Positions 30,419 to 39,532 are shown, counted from the stretch's first letter. The stretch: 64,000 bases of DNA from an uncultured SAR86 cluster bacterium (GCA_902561325.1 CACEOL010000001.1:156209-220208), one strand, 5' to 3'. A program made the numbers and translations. Notes: generated by a model not told the origin, from the letters alone.

Positions 30419-31270
30419 ATGTTGGACGTTTTAAAAAACTATTTTTTCCTTCTAAGACTAGATAAACCCATTGGTGTGTATCTTCTTTTATGGCCATCTT
30501 TAACCGCAGTATGGCTTGCCTCTGAAGGCAATCCAGAGCTTCTAATAGTAATAATTTTTTGTCTAGGCAGTTTTTTCATGAGATCAGCAGGAGTAATCAT
30601 CAATGATTACTTTGATCAAGACATCGACAGAAAGGTGTTGAGAACATTTAATAGACCTATAGCTAATTATTCTGTCTCGAATAAAGAAGCCCTTACCTTG
30701 TTTTTAATATTGATGATTTTGTCATCAAGTTTGCTTCTTTTTTTAAATCTCAAAAGTTTATATATAGCTTTATTTTGCATTCTATTAATTTCTACTTATC
30801 CTCTGATGAAAAGATTTTTACCTATTCCTCAACTTTACTTGGGAATTTGTTATTCCATGGGAATATTTATGGCTTATGCATTCTTTCAAGGAGCATTTCC
30901 TTTGAATTGTTGGTTGTTGTTTTTTGGAAACATTTTTTGGGTACTTGCCTATGATACTGTTTACGCATTGTCAGACAGACAAGATGATTTGATAATCAAC
31001 GTAAAAAGCTCAGCAATTTATTTTCAAGGTAAAGAAAAGTTAATTTTATGGATAAGTTATTTTGTACTTATAACTTTTCTTCTTTTAATAGGAATTTTTA
31101 ATTCCTTTTCTTTATTATATTTTTTTGCAGTTTCAGCAAATATTTTATTAATCTTTTTTTTGATGATTACTACTAATTTTGACAAACCCTCGGATTGTTC
31201 GAAATTTTTTAGAAAAAACCATTGGCTGGGCATAGGAATATTTTTAAGCTTTGTTGCTGCTTTTGTGTAA
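30419..31270 (+). CDS. ubiA: 4-hydroxybenzoate polyprenyltransferase
   Basis: 283 aa. Has NDYFDQDIDRKV and YDTVYALSDRQDD, the UbiA Asp-rich motifs. Confidence 0.9.
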   Translation: MLDVLKNYFFLLRLDKPIGVYLLLWPSLTAVWLASEGNPELLIVIIFCLGSFFMRSAGVIINDYFDQDIDRKVLRTFNRPIANYSVSNKEALTLFLILMILSSSLLLFLNLKSLYIALFCILLISTYPLMKRFLPIPQLYLGICYSMGIFMAYAFFQGAFPLNCWLLFFGNIFWVLAYDTVYALSDRQDDLIINVKSSAIYFQGKEKLILWISYFVLITFLLLIGIFNSFSLLYFFAVSANILLIFFLMITTNFDKPSDCSKFFRKNHWLGIGIFLSFVAAFV

Positions 31271-32419
31271 ATGAAAGAAATTAAATTTAATAATTCAATC
31301 AGCTCAATTGATAAGGAAAGTTGGAACAAACTAATTCCAGACAATGATTACCCTTTCCTAAAATACGAATTTCTTGAGCTGCTTGAAAAAACAAATTGTG
31401 TAGGAAAAAATACTGGTTGGCATCCGGCACATATTTCTATAGAGGAGAATTCTGAGATTTTAGGGGCAATGCCTCTTTACATCAAAACCGATTCCTCTGG
31501 AGAGTTTGTTTTTGATTATTCTTGGGCAAATGCTTTTTATCAACATGGCATAGATTATTACCCTAAATTGGTTTCCTCTATACCCTTTACTCCTGCTACT
31601 GGCCCAAGAATTCTTTACCAAGATAAAGAATCCGCTGATCAAATATTTTCTCTAATTCTTTCTGGTGTGAAAAAGCTTAGTCAGGAAAATAATATATCTT
31701 CCTGGCATGTCTTGTTTCCAGAAGAAAAAGACATAGGTGTCTTTTCTGAGAAATCTCTCAGCGTAAGGAAAAATGCTCAGTTTATTTGGTTCAATGAAAA
31801 TTTTAATACATTCGATGACTTCGTTGAGACTTTCAGATCTAGACACAGAAAAAACGTTAAAAAAGAAAGAGAAAAGGTTTTAAATCAGGGTATAGAAATA
31901 CAAACTTTCTCAGGAACTGACTTGAGCCAGGAATTGATGATGCAGTTTTACGAATTTTACTTATCAACAAATTTAAAGCGTAGCGGTCATTTTGGATATC
32001 TTACAAAAGAGTTTTTTGAAGAATGTCTTGATACGATAAATGAAAATATTGTTCTTGTGCTTGCAAAAGATACAAATAATGATGCATTGGTTGGGGGATC
32101 TATGTTTTTTAAAGATAGGGAAAATTTATATGGACGTTATTGGGGCTGCTCAGCTGAGTATGATTGCCTACATTTTGAATGCTGTTATTACCAAGGAATA
32201 GAGTTTGCAATTAAAAATAAACTCAATAAGTTTGACCCCGGTGTTCAAGGCGAACATAAAATTAAAAGAGGTTTTAAGCCTACAATTACATATTCTGCAC
32301 ATTGGATTTCTGAACCAAACTTTAAAGATGCAATAGAAAATTTTGTGAATAACGAAGAACAGCATATAGATGCCTATGTCGAAGCAACAAGTAAATATCT
32401 CCCTTTCAAAAGTATTTAA
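31271..32419 (+). CDS. GNAT/FemAB-like protein of the DUF482 (PF04339) family
   Basis: 382 aa. Has YPFLKYEFLELLE, GWHPAHI, YGRYWGC, and LHFE.CYYQGIE..I. Confidence 0.7.
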   Translation: MKEIKFNNSISSIDKESWNKLIPDNDYPFLKYEFLELLEKTNCVGKNTGWHPAHISIEENSEILGAMPLYIKTDSSGEFVFDYSWANAFYQHGIDYYPKLVSSIPFTPATGPRILYQDKESADQIFSLILSGVKKLSQENNISSWHVLFPEEKDIGVFSEKSLSVRKNAQFIWFNENFNTFDDFVETFRSRHRKNVKKEREKVLNQGIEIQTFSGTDLSQELMMQFYEFYLSTNLKRSGHFGYLTKEFFEECLDTINENIVLVLAKDTNNDALVGGSMFFKDRENLYGRYWGCSAEYDCLHFECCYYQGIEFAIKNKLNKFDPGVQGEHKIKRGFKPTITYSAHWISEPNFKDAIENFVNNEEQHIDAYVEATSKYLPFKSI

Positions 32420-33014
32420 AGATCATAAATCAAAAAAAAAGATTTTATATCTTGCTAAAAAAGATAAAGATTTGATTGATTTGTTTATCAATTTTTCTAA
32501 TTTTGGGGAATATAAAAGGGATAAAGGCTTTAAAGGAATTTTGCAATTGATAATTGAGCAACAGCTCTCTGTAGCATCAGCAAATGCAATATATAAAAAG
32601 CTTAAGACAAAAATGCCAAATATTTCTTCAGAATCTTTCCTAAAATTAAAACAATCAGATCTGAAAAACTGTGGTTTAAGCAAACAAAAAATTAATTACT
32701 TAACCGGGTTAGCAAAAAAATGTGAAAATAAGAAAATCAATTTTAGGAAAATTCACAAAATGGATGATGAAAATTTAGTAAAAGAAATTACTAAAATTAA
32801 AGGTATTGGTCCATGGACAGCTCAATGTTACATGCTTGCTTCATTAAAAAGAGATGATGTGTGGCCGGTCGCGGACTTGGGTTTGATGGAAGCGGTTAAA
32901 AGAATGAAAAGACTTAAAAAGAGGCCTTCAGAAGAAGACATGGAAAAAATATCTCAAATTTGGAGGCCTTATAGAAGTACTGTAGCTAATGTGCTATGGG
33001 CATCCTATGATTGA
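32370..33014 (+). CDS. HhH-GPD DNA glycosylase (3-methyladenine glycosylase II / AlkA-like)
   Basis: 214 aa. Has QQLSVASANAI, IKGIGPWTAQ and DVWPVADLGL (catalytic Asp). The ATG at 32370 overlaps the upstream gene by 50 nt, so the true start is uncertain. Confidence 0.72.
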   Translation: MPMSKQQVNISLSKVFKDHKSKKKILYLAKKDKDLIDLFINFSNFGEYKRDKGFKGILQLIIEQQLSVASANAIYKKLKTKMPNISSESFLKLKQSDLKNCGLSKQKINYLTGLAKKCENKKINFRKIHKMDDENLVKEITKIKGIGPWTAQCYMLASLKRDDVWPVADLGLMEAVKRMKRLKKRPSEEDMEKISQIWRPYRSTVANVLWASYD

Positions 33015-33052
33015 ATTTTAAAATCAATTAAATCTCTATAGACTGATAATAA

Positions 33053-33493
33053 ATGTTTAAAACCTATCGAAATTTAAAAAGTTTGCATAGCCTTTATGAG
33101 CAGAATTTCGTTTTAATGGATAAACTATCTGGTGAACTCAAGAAATATAATAAGTTTTCTTTCCAAGTTGGGAATCTTGAAATTAAAAGCCAGGTAAACA
33201 TTTTAAAAAAAGAGCTATCAAAATTTACCGATGAATTACAATTTCAAATCAATGATGTTACTGGAATCAAAGACATTGTTATCAAATGCAGAACTTACAA
33301 AGAAGCTAAAATGATGGAAGTGATTGAATTTCAAAATTTTCATAAAGATTTACTGTCTATTTTTAAATTAAAGAAAATGAATTTTGAAAAAGACGAACGC
33401 CTTCAATGGAATCTTTTTATGAATCAATTTTTGAATTATTCTATTCTTCATGGAAGAGCAATTGAAGATTATTTACCTTCATGGGTTCAATAG
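33053..33493 (+). CDS. DUF1249 (YqiB-like) protein
   Basis: 146 aa. The N-terminus LHSLYEQNFVLMDKL resembles DUF1249. It sits immediately upstream of a yqiA-like esterase, as in the E. coli yqiB...yqiA operon. Confidence 0.5.
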   Translation: MFKTYRNLKSLHSLYEQNFVLMDKLSGELKKYNKFSFQVGNLEIKSQVNILKKELSKFTDELQFQINDVTGIKDIVIKCRTYKEAKMMEVIEFQNFHKDLLSIFKLKKMNFEKDERLQWNLFMNQFLNYSILHGRAIEDYLPSWVQ

Positions 33494-34025
33494 TTCAGCA
33501 GAATCAAAAAAATCAAAAATTTTAGATTCCTATTTAAAAGGAGAAAAATTAATGACTTTAGAATCTCCTAACTTAAATAAGTCTCCCTCTAAAGCTATTT
33601 CTCAAATAGAAAAAATAATTAAAGAAAGTTCAAATAGAGTTTGCGTAGTAGGAAGTTCTCTCGGAGGGCTTTATGCTACTTTTATAGCTGATAAATACGA
33701 CCTAAAATCTGTAACAATAAATCCTGTAGTGAAAAATCACATCTCAGGAATGAAAGACCTAGTTGGTTCTCATAAAAACTTTCATAGTAATGAAGAATAT
33801 AAATTTACAATGAAAGATTACTTGAACTTACAAAAATTAGGCCTAGAGAATCTTAAAGAACCTTTAAATCACTTTTGTCTAATAAAGATGTCAGATGAAG
33901 TTTTGGATCATAATGAAACATTCCAGTATTTTTCTAAATCTTATGTGCTAAGTGAAAAAGGAGGAAATCATAGTTATGATGATTTTTTTGAAAAAATACC
34001 TTTGATTTTAGACTATATGTACTAA
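33450..34025 (+). CDS. yqiA: YqiA-type alpha/beta esterase (UPF0227)
   Basis: 191 aa. Has IIYLHGFNSS and VVGSSLGG (nucleophile elbow). Confidence 0.75.
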   Translation: MEEQLKIIYLHGFNSSAESKKSKILDSYLKGEKLMTLESPNLNKSPSKAISQIEKIIKESSNRVCVVGSSLGGLYATFIADKYDLKSVTINPVVKNHISGMKDLVGSHKNFHSNEEYKFTMKDYLNLQKLGLENLKEPLNHFCLIKMSDEVLDHNETFQYFSKSYVLSEKGGNHSYDDFFEKIPLILDYMY

Positions 34026-34034
34026 AATAGTGCA
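34018..34034. promoter_or_regulatory. NtrC-type palindrome TGTACTAAAATAGTGCA
   Basis: Close to the enteric NtrC consensus TGCACCA-N3-TGGTGCA. I count 14/17 identity to the box at 54313..54329. Lies upstream of glnII and overlaps the yqiA stop codon. Confidence 0.5.
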
Positions 34035-34061
34035 ATCTCAGCACTAAATTAAGACAAAAAA

Positions 34062-34078
34062 TGCACTATTTTATAGCA
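34062..34078. promoter_or_regulatory. NtrC-type palindrome TGCACTATTTTATAGCA
   Basis: Second box, 44 bp centre-to-centre from the first and 49 nt upstream of the glnII ATG. An extra GCACTA half-site is at 34041..34046. Confidence 0.45.
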
Positions 34079-34126
34079 ATTACTTTGTTAATATTTTCTC
34101 CTAATTTTATTTACACGGAGAATACA

Positions 34127-35110
34127 ATGACAGATTTTAAAACGTACGAATATATTTGGCTAGACGGATACACTCCAGAAGCAAATATGCGAAGTAAAGT
34201 AAAAGCTACAGATGAAGATACAGCGCCAGACTGGTCTTTTGATGGTTCATCAACACAACAAGCAGACGGAGGAAGTTCAGATTGCCTTCTGTTACCTGTG
34301 CAAACTTATGAAAATCCTAATGGGCATGACTTAGTAATGACTCAGGTGCAGGCAGCAGATCATACTACTCACCCTTCTAACTTCAGAGCTGCCGCTGCAG
34401 AAGTAGTTACAGATGAATGGTGGTTTGGATTCGAACAAGAATTTTTCTTTACCGATCCGAAAACAGGCGAACCTCTCGGTTGGGAAGACGGAACTCCAGC
34501 AAGAGAACAAGGTGAGTATTATTGTGGTGTAGGAGCAAGTAATGTTGTGGGAAGAGAAATCTCAGATGCTCATTTACATGCTTGTCTTGATCTTGGAATT
34601 ACTTTGACAGGAACAAACGCTGAGGTTGCATTAGGACAATGGGAGTACCAATGTTTTGGAAAAGGAATAAAAGCTGCGGATGACTTATGGGTAAGCAGAT
34701 ATATGCTTTTCAAGATAGCTGAAGAATTTGGCGTTGGGGTGAATATTCATCCTAAACCAAAAACAGGAGACTGGAATGGTTCTGGTATGCACACTAACTT
34801 TTCTAATGAAGAGATGAGATCAAAAGGTTCAAAAGAGCTATTTGAAGGAATGTGTGAAAAACTTGGAAAAGTTCATGATGACGGAATTGCTTCGTATGGT
34901 TCTGATAATGACATGAGACTTACAGGACTGCATGAAACTCAGAAAATTACTGAATTCTCATATGGAGTAAGTGATAGAGGAGCCAGTATAAGAATACCAG
35001 TTTATACGGTTGAACATGATTGGAACGGATATTTAGAAGATAGAAGACCTGCTTCTAATGCAGATCCTTACAAAATTTTAGCGCACATTGTAGGAACGCT
35101 GACTAAATAA
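34127..35110 (+). CDS. glnII: Glutamine synthetase type II (eukaryote-like GSII)
   Basis: Has YIWLDG, WSFDGSSTQQA, FGFEQEFF, NAEVALGQWEYQ, GDWNGSGMHTNFS, RLTGLHET and RGASIRIP. I place the start at ATG 34127, preceded by the ACGGAG RBS. The 22 upstream track codons are hydrophobic filler that overlaps the NtrC boxes. Confidence 0.9.
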   Translation: MTDFKTYEYIWLDGYTPEANMRSKVKATDEDTAPDWSFDGSSTQQADGGSSDCLLLPVQTYENPNGHDLVMTQVQAADHTTHPSNFRAAAAEVVTDEWWFGFEQEFFFTDPKTGEPLGWEDGTPAREQGEYYCGVGASNVVGREISDAHLHACLDLGITLTGTNAEVALGQWEYQCFGKGIKAADDLWVSRYMLFKIAEEFGVGVNIHPKPKTGDWNGSGMHTNFSNEEMRSKGSKELFEGMCEKLGKVHDDGIASYGSDNDMRLTGLHETQKITEFSYGVSDRGASIRIPVYTVEHDWNGYLEDRRPASNADPYKILAHIVGTLTK

Positions 35111-35129
35111 ATCTCAAGGTGTAAATTGT

Positions 35130-35187
35130 TTAAGACCATAGGATTGACCCATTCGAAAGAAGTTTTTTGGTTAATCCTAGGTCTTAA
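35130..35187 (+). promoter_or_regulatory. Long imperfect hairpin between glnII and ntrB (possible attenuator/terminator or RNA-stability element)
   Basis: TTAAGACCATAGGATTGACC pairs with GGTTAATCCTAGGTCTTAA: 19 bp, one bulged A, one G-U, 19-nt loop. It is not followed by a canonical U-tract. Confidence 0.4.
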
Positions 35188-35229
35188 CTTTCAACCTATT
35201 CAATTAAAAGTCAAAGTAGTTTTTCAAAG

Positions 35230-36324
35230 ATGATATTTTTTGAAAATATTTTAGATGAATTGTCTGCAAAAATTCTTATTACGGATGAAAATTTAGACGT
35301 CTTATTTTTAAATAAATCTGCTGAAGACTATTTATGTAATAGTCTAGATGAATCTAAAGGAAAAAATATTGATCAAGTTTTCAAAGAAAAAACCAATAAT
35401 GAGCTTGAACTCCAAGAAATTCTTGAGAAAAAAAAATCTTTAAAACGTCATATAACAACAATTTTTTTAAAAGATAATCTTCAAAAGAAAACGTCCTTTA
35501 AAGCCTCCTATTTTGCTAATAAAGATTTTAGAGGCATTATTTTTGAATTCTTCGATAATTCAAAACCTGAATCAATTACAGACAAAATGAAGAAAAGAAC
35601 AGCTGCATCAATTACTCAAGCTTTTTCAAGAGGACTAGCTCATGAAATTAAAAATCCTTTAAGTGGTATTCGCGGAGCAGCACAATTACTTTCCCAAAAA
35701 ATAGAAGATCCTAAGAAAAAAGAATTTGCAAATATAATTCTCAAAGAGTCAGATAGACTCGTTAATATTGTAAATAAAGTTTCTGGTAACAGGTTCAAAC
35801 TAGAACAGAATTTTCAAAATATTCATACCATCCTTGAAAAGATTCCTACTTTCGTAAAATATATTGAAAATCAAAAAGTTCAAATTGTTAAGGATTATGA
35901 TCCTAGCTTGCCATTAATTGAAATAGATAATTCTTTAATTTCACAGGTGTTTTTTAACCTTGCGACCAATTCTATTGAAGCTTTCAAACAGAAAAATATT
36001 TCAGGAAAAATTACAATAAGAAGTAGAGTTGCTTATGAGGTGTTCATAAACAACAAAAAATATAATACTGCTTGCCAGGTTGATTTTATAGATAATGGCC
36101 CAGGAATTCCTGATGATATTATTGACTCAGTTTTCTTCCCTTTGGTCTCTTCAAAAGAAATTGCTTCTGGCCTAGGTTTATCTATTGTCAAAGGAATTGT
36201 CAATCAGCATGGTGGATCTATAGATTGTTACAGTGACGAAACAGGAACAACTTTCACGGTGCTTTTACCCATTACAGAAATTAACTATGAAAAAACAAAA
36301 ACAAAAGAAGAAATAAATGCCTAA
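35230..36324 (+). CDS. ntrB: Nitrogen-regulation sensor histidine kinase NtrB
   Basis: 364 aa. PAS-like N-terminus, H-box GLAHEIKNPLSGI, N box NLATNSIEA, and G boxes DNGPGIP / GLGLSIV. Located between a GS gene and ntrC. Confidence 0.85.
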   Translation: MIFFENILDELSAKILITDENLDVLFLNKSAEDYLCNSLDESKGKNIDQVFKEKTNNELELQEILEKKKSLKRHITTIFLKDNLQKKTSFKASYFANKDFRGIIFEFFDNSKPESITDKMKKRTAASITQAFSRGLAHEIKNPLSGIRGAAQLLSQKIEDPKKKEFANIILKESDRLVNIVNKVSGNRFKLEQNFQNIHTILEKIPTFVKYIENQKVQIVKDYDPSLPLIEIDNSLISQVFFNLATNSIEAFKQKNISGKITIRSRVAYEVFINNKKYNTACQVDFIDNGPGIPDDIIDSVFFPLVSSKEIASGLGLSIVKGIVNQHGGSIDCYSDETGTTFTVLLPITEINYEKTKTKEEINA

Positions 36325-37714
36325 AAATAAAAAAATTTGGATTGCTGACGATGATGAATCAATCAGATTTGTTTTAGAGTCAGGTTTATCAGAAGCAGGT
36401 TTTAATGTTTCTACATTTGAAGATGGAAACGAAGTGGTGAATAAACTTGATATTGAGTCGCCTCACCTATTGCTTACTGATCTTAAAATGCCCGGTAGAG
36501 ATGGTATGGATTTATTAGAAACTTTTCGTAATGAATATCAAAAAGTTCCAATAATTATCATGACGGCACATTCTGATTTAGATACAACAGTTGATGCTTT
36601 TGAAGCGGGAGCTTGGGACTACATCGCAAAACCTTTTGATCTTAATACCGCAATAGAAAAAATTAACAAAGCAATTTCTGAAAAGAAAAATGTACAAAAG
36701 AAACTTTCAGATAATGAAGAAATCAATCTCAGAGAAGGAAAGATTCTTGGAAAGTCTCCAGCAATGCAAGATTTGTTTAATTCAATAGGCAAATTATCTC
36801 ACTCTAACAGCACAGTTTTGTTAGTTGGAGAGTCAGGTACAGGGAAAGAATTAGTATCTCAAGCAATCTTCGAACACTCTGACAGATCAAATAAAAAATT
36901 AATTTCTTTAAATGTTGCTGATATACCTGTTGAGCTATTAGAGTCTGAATTATTTGGTCACGAAAAAGGAGCTTTTAAGGGCGCTGGCGATCAAAGAATA
37001 GGTAGATTTGAGCAAGCTGATAAGGGAACTCTTTTTCTTGATGAAGTTGGAGATATGCCTCTTGAAACTCAAACCAGATTAATAAGAGTTTTATCGAGCG
37101 GCGAATTTTATAGAATTGGAGGAAATAGTCCTGTTAAAGTGGATGTGAGAATTATTGCTGCAACAAACCAAAACCTTGAAGACAAAGTTAGGAATGGGTC
37201 CTATCGCGAAGATCTTTACCACAGACTAAATGTCATTAAAATAAATTTACCTCCTTTAAGAGATAGAAAAGAAGACATCCTTTTATTAGCTAATTATTTT
37301 TTTAGAAAGTTTTCCGAAGATGCAAAAATAAAAATTAAAGTCCTTAGCAAAGAAGTTGAAGAATTATTCGAAAACTTAATTTGGCCTGGAAATGTTTTGC
37401 AATTGCAAAATGTTTGTCAGTCTTTAACTTTACTATCGCCAGGTCAAGAGATTTCTATAAGTGATATTCCAAAAGATCTTTCGTTACAGCGAAAAGGTCC
37501 AGAAATGAGTTGGAGTGATATGCTCGAATCGTGGGCATCAAAAAAATTACTCAAAGGAGATGATCATATTCTAAATAGTGCTACCCCAATATTCGAAGGA
37601 ACAATGATTAAAGCTGCGCTAAAAGTAACGAAAGGGAAAAAAAGTGAAGCAGCTAAGCTACTAGGCTGGGGAAGAAATACTTTAGCTCGAAAGATTATTG
37701 AACTCGACCTTTAA
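36317..37714 (+). CDS. ntrC: Nitrogen-regulation response regulator NtrC (AAA+ enhancer-binding-protein architecture, variant GAFKGA loop)
   Basis: 465 aa. Receiver domain (DDDESIR, TDLKMPGRDG), Walker A GESGTGKE, ESELFGHEKGAFKGA, and C-terminal HTH AAKLLGWGRNTLARKI. Confidence 0.9.
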   Translation: MPKNKKIWIADDDESIRFVLESGLSEAGFNVSTFEDGNEVVNKLDIESPHLLLTDLKMPGRDGMDLLETFRNEYQKVPIIIMTAHSDLDTTVDAFEAGAWDYIAKPFDLNTAIEKINKAISEKKNVQKKLSDNEEINLREGKILGKSPAMQDLFNSIGKLSHSNSTVLLVGESGTGKELVSQAIFEHSDRSNKKLISLNVADIPVELLESELFGHEKGAFKGAGDQRIGRFEQADKGTLFLDEVGDMPLETQTRLIRVLSSGEFYRIGGNSPVKVDVRIIAATNQNLEDKVRNGSYREDLYHRLNVIKINLPPLRDRKEDILLLANYFFRKFSEDAKIKIKVLSKEVEELFENLIWPGNVLQLQNVCQSLTLLSPGQEISISDIPKDLSLQRKGPEMSWSDMLESWASKKLLKGDDHILNSATPIFEGTMIKAALKVTKGKKSEAAKLLGWGRNTLARKIIELDL

Positions 37715-38118
37715 TTAATTAAAGGTAATTTTTCCGTTACCCAATTATTTATTCCCCCTTTTAAGACGAAAACACTAATTTCTTCTTTTTTTAGATCTGA
37801 AGCCATGCGAGATGAATTTGTGCCATTTTGACAAACCAATATTACTGGCTTGCCATCAGCTTTTGCTATTTCCTTCTTACAAACATCTAGGTCGGGGCCA
37901 ACATGTATTGCTTGGCTAATTTTTCCCTCATCAAAATCTTTTTGAGGTCTTATATCAATGACAAGAGCATTTTTTTTATTAATTAAAACAATTCCCTTGT
38001 GAGGTTCTAAATTTATTGCCTTTGAAATCCTATCCAAAAAGTAAAGAGCAAATAATGAAAAAATCAAAGGAATAACAATAAACCAATTGTCGATTAAAAA
38101 TTCAATAAAATATGGCAT
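37711..38118 (-). CDS. Membrane-anchored single-domain rhodanese (sulfurtransferase)
   Basis: I place the start at ATG 38118 (MPYFIEFLIDNWFIVIPLIF...). One N-terminal TM, then a rhodanese domain with the active-site loop VCQNGTNS. The track's 201-aa version runs into gpmA. Confidence 0.75.
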   Translation of the reverse strand: MPYFIEFLIDNWFIVIPLIFSLFALYFLDRISKAINLEPHKGIVLINKKNALVIDIRPQKDFDEGKISQAIHVGPDLDVCKKEIAKADGKPVILVCQNGTNSSRMASDLKKEEISVFVLKGGINNWVTEKLPLIN

Positions 38119-38155
38119 AAGCGCGATATGATAAACGTAAAATTGATTTGAAACT

Positions 38156-38773
38156 ATGAATTCAGAAGAAAATTTTTCTAACTTAGTTCTTGTAAGACAT
38201 GGGCAGAGCGAATGGAATGCAAAAAATCTCTTCACAGGCTGGAAAAATCCGAGTCTCAGTGAAAAAGGTTTGGAAGAGGCAAAAACTACAGGAAAAAAAA
38301 TAAAGGAACAAAACATTATTTTTGATATTCACTTTACCTCAGGGCTTAAAAGAGCTCAGTTAACAGGAGAAATAATTCTTTCTGAAATTGATCAAGAATC
38401 TATTGAAACAATTGAAAATATTGCTCTGAACGAAAGAGACTATGGCGAATTGTCTGGACTGAATAAAGATGAATCGAGAGAGAAATGGGGAGAGGAGCAA
38501 ATTCATATTTGGAGAAGATCTTTTGATCAGCCGCCTCCTGGAGGAGAAAGCTTAAAAGACACAGCTGATAGAGTAATTCCATATTTTGAGAAAATCATAG
38601 AGCCTATCCTTAATGAAAAGAAGAATGTATTGATATGCGCTCATGGAAACTCTCTTCGAGCACTTGTTATGCATATAGAAAAAATATCTCCAGAAGAGAT
38701 AGTTAAAATAGAAATAGCTACAGGTGAGCCTATTTTCTATAAATTCCAAAATAAAGAGTTTTTTAGAACTTAA
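38156..38773 (+). CDS. gpmA: 2,3-bisphosphoglycerate-dependent phosphoglycerate mutase (short form)
   Basis: 205 aa. Has [19 protein letters not shown] and [10 protein letters not shown]. Confidence 0.9.
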   Translation: MNSEENFSNLVLVRHGQSEWNAKNLFTGWKNPSLSEKGLEEAKTTGKKIKEQNIIFDIHFTSGLKRAQLTGEIILSEIDQESIETIENIALNERDYGELSGLNKDESREKWGEEQIHIWRRSFDQPPPGGESLKDTADRVIPYFEKIIEPILNEKKNVLICAHGNSLRALVMHIEKISPEEIVKIEIATGEPIFYKFQNKEFFRT

Positions 38774-39528
38774 AGTCTGACTTCAAAGCCCTTACTCTGA
38801 AGGGCTTGTTTGACTTTTTTTATTGAAATTTCTTCGTAATGAAAAATACTTGCTGCAAGTAAAGCATCAGCTTTACCAAGCTTTACAGCGTCAACTAAAT
38901 GAGAAAGTTCTCCAGCTCCTCCAGAAGCAATTACAGGAATTGATAAATTATTTGAAAGTTCCATATACAAGTTATTATCAAAACCACTTTTGGTTCCATC
39001 TTTATCCATTGAGGTCATGAGAATTTCTCCTGCCCCTAAGTCCTGACCCTTTTTTGCCCACTCAACAGCATCTAGGTCAGTTTTGTTTTTTCCGCCGTGA
39101 GTATAGACGTTCCAAATTTCTCCATCCTGTTTGGCATCTATGGCTAAAACAATACATTGAGCTCCATACTCTTTGGATGCCTCCGCTATCAAATCAGGAT
39201 TTAAAATGGCACTTGTATTAATAGAAACTTTATCAGCACCCGATTTTAGAAGCATATCAATATCATGAAGAGATTTAATTCCGCCTCCAACAGTAAAGGG
39301 AATGAAGACTTGCGAGGCTATTGATTTCACTGTTTCAATTGTTGTGGATCGCTCTTCAAAAGATGCATCAATATCCAACATGCATATCTCATCTGCACCT
39401 TCAGCATCATATCTTTTAGCAGCTTCTGCTGGGTCTCCTGCATCAACAATATCCTTAAAATTAACACCTTTAACCACTCTTCCGCCTCTAACATCTAAAC
39501 AAGGGATAATTCGAACTGCTAAACTCAT
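38770..39528 (-). CDS. hisF: Imidazole glycerol phosphate synthase cyclase subunit
   Basis: 252 aa. Has [16 protein letters not shown] and TVGGGI. Confidence 0.95.
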   Translation of the reverse strand: MSLAVRIIPCLDVRGGRVVKGVNFKDIVDAGDPAEAAKRYDAEGADEICMLDIDASFEERSTTIETVKSIASQVFIPFTVGGGIKSLHDIDMLLKSGADKVSINTSAILNPDLIAEASKEYGAQCIVLAIDAKQDGEIWNVYTHGGKNKTDLDAVEWAKKGQDLGAGEILMTSMDKDGTKSGFDNNLYMELSNNLSIPVIASGGAGELSHLVDAVKLGKADALLAASIFHYEEISIKKVKQALQSKGFEVRL

Positions 39529-39532
39529 TCTT

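Noticed and set aside
32370-32419. 50-nt same-strand overlap between the DUF482 gene and the AlkA-like gene as a programmed frameshift or fusion
   Set aside because: I see no slippery sequence, and the two proteins are independent families. It is more likely an uncertain start for the glycosylase, which the sequence alone cannot resolve.
37711-38316. 201-aa track ORF whose N-terminal third overlaps the gpmA start by ~160 nt on the opposite strand
   Set aside because: The first 66 codons ([15 protein letters not shown]...) have no homology and lie antisense to the well-supported gpmA N-terminus. Starting at ATG 38118 yields a sensible TM-anchored rhodanese and a 37-bp divergent spacer.
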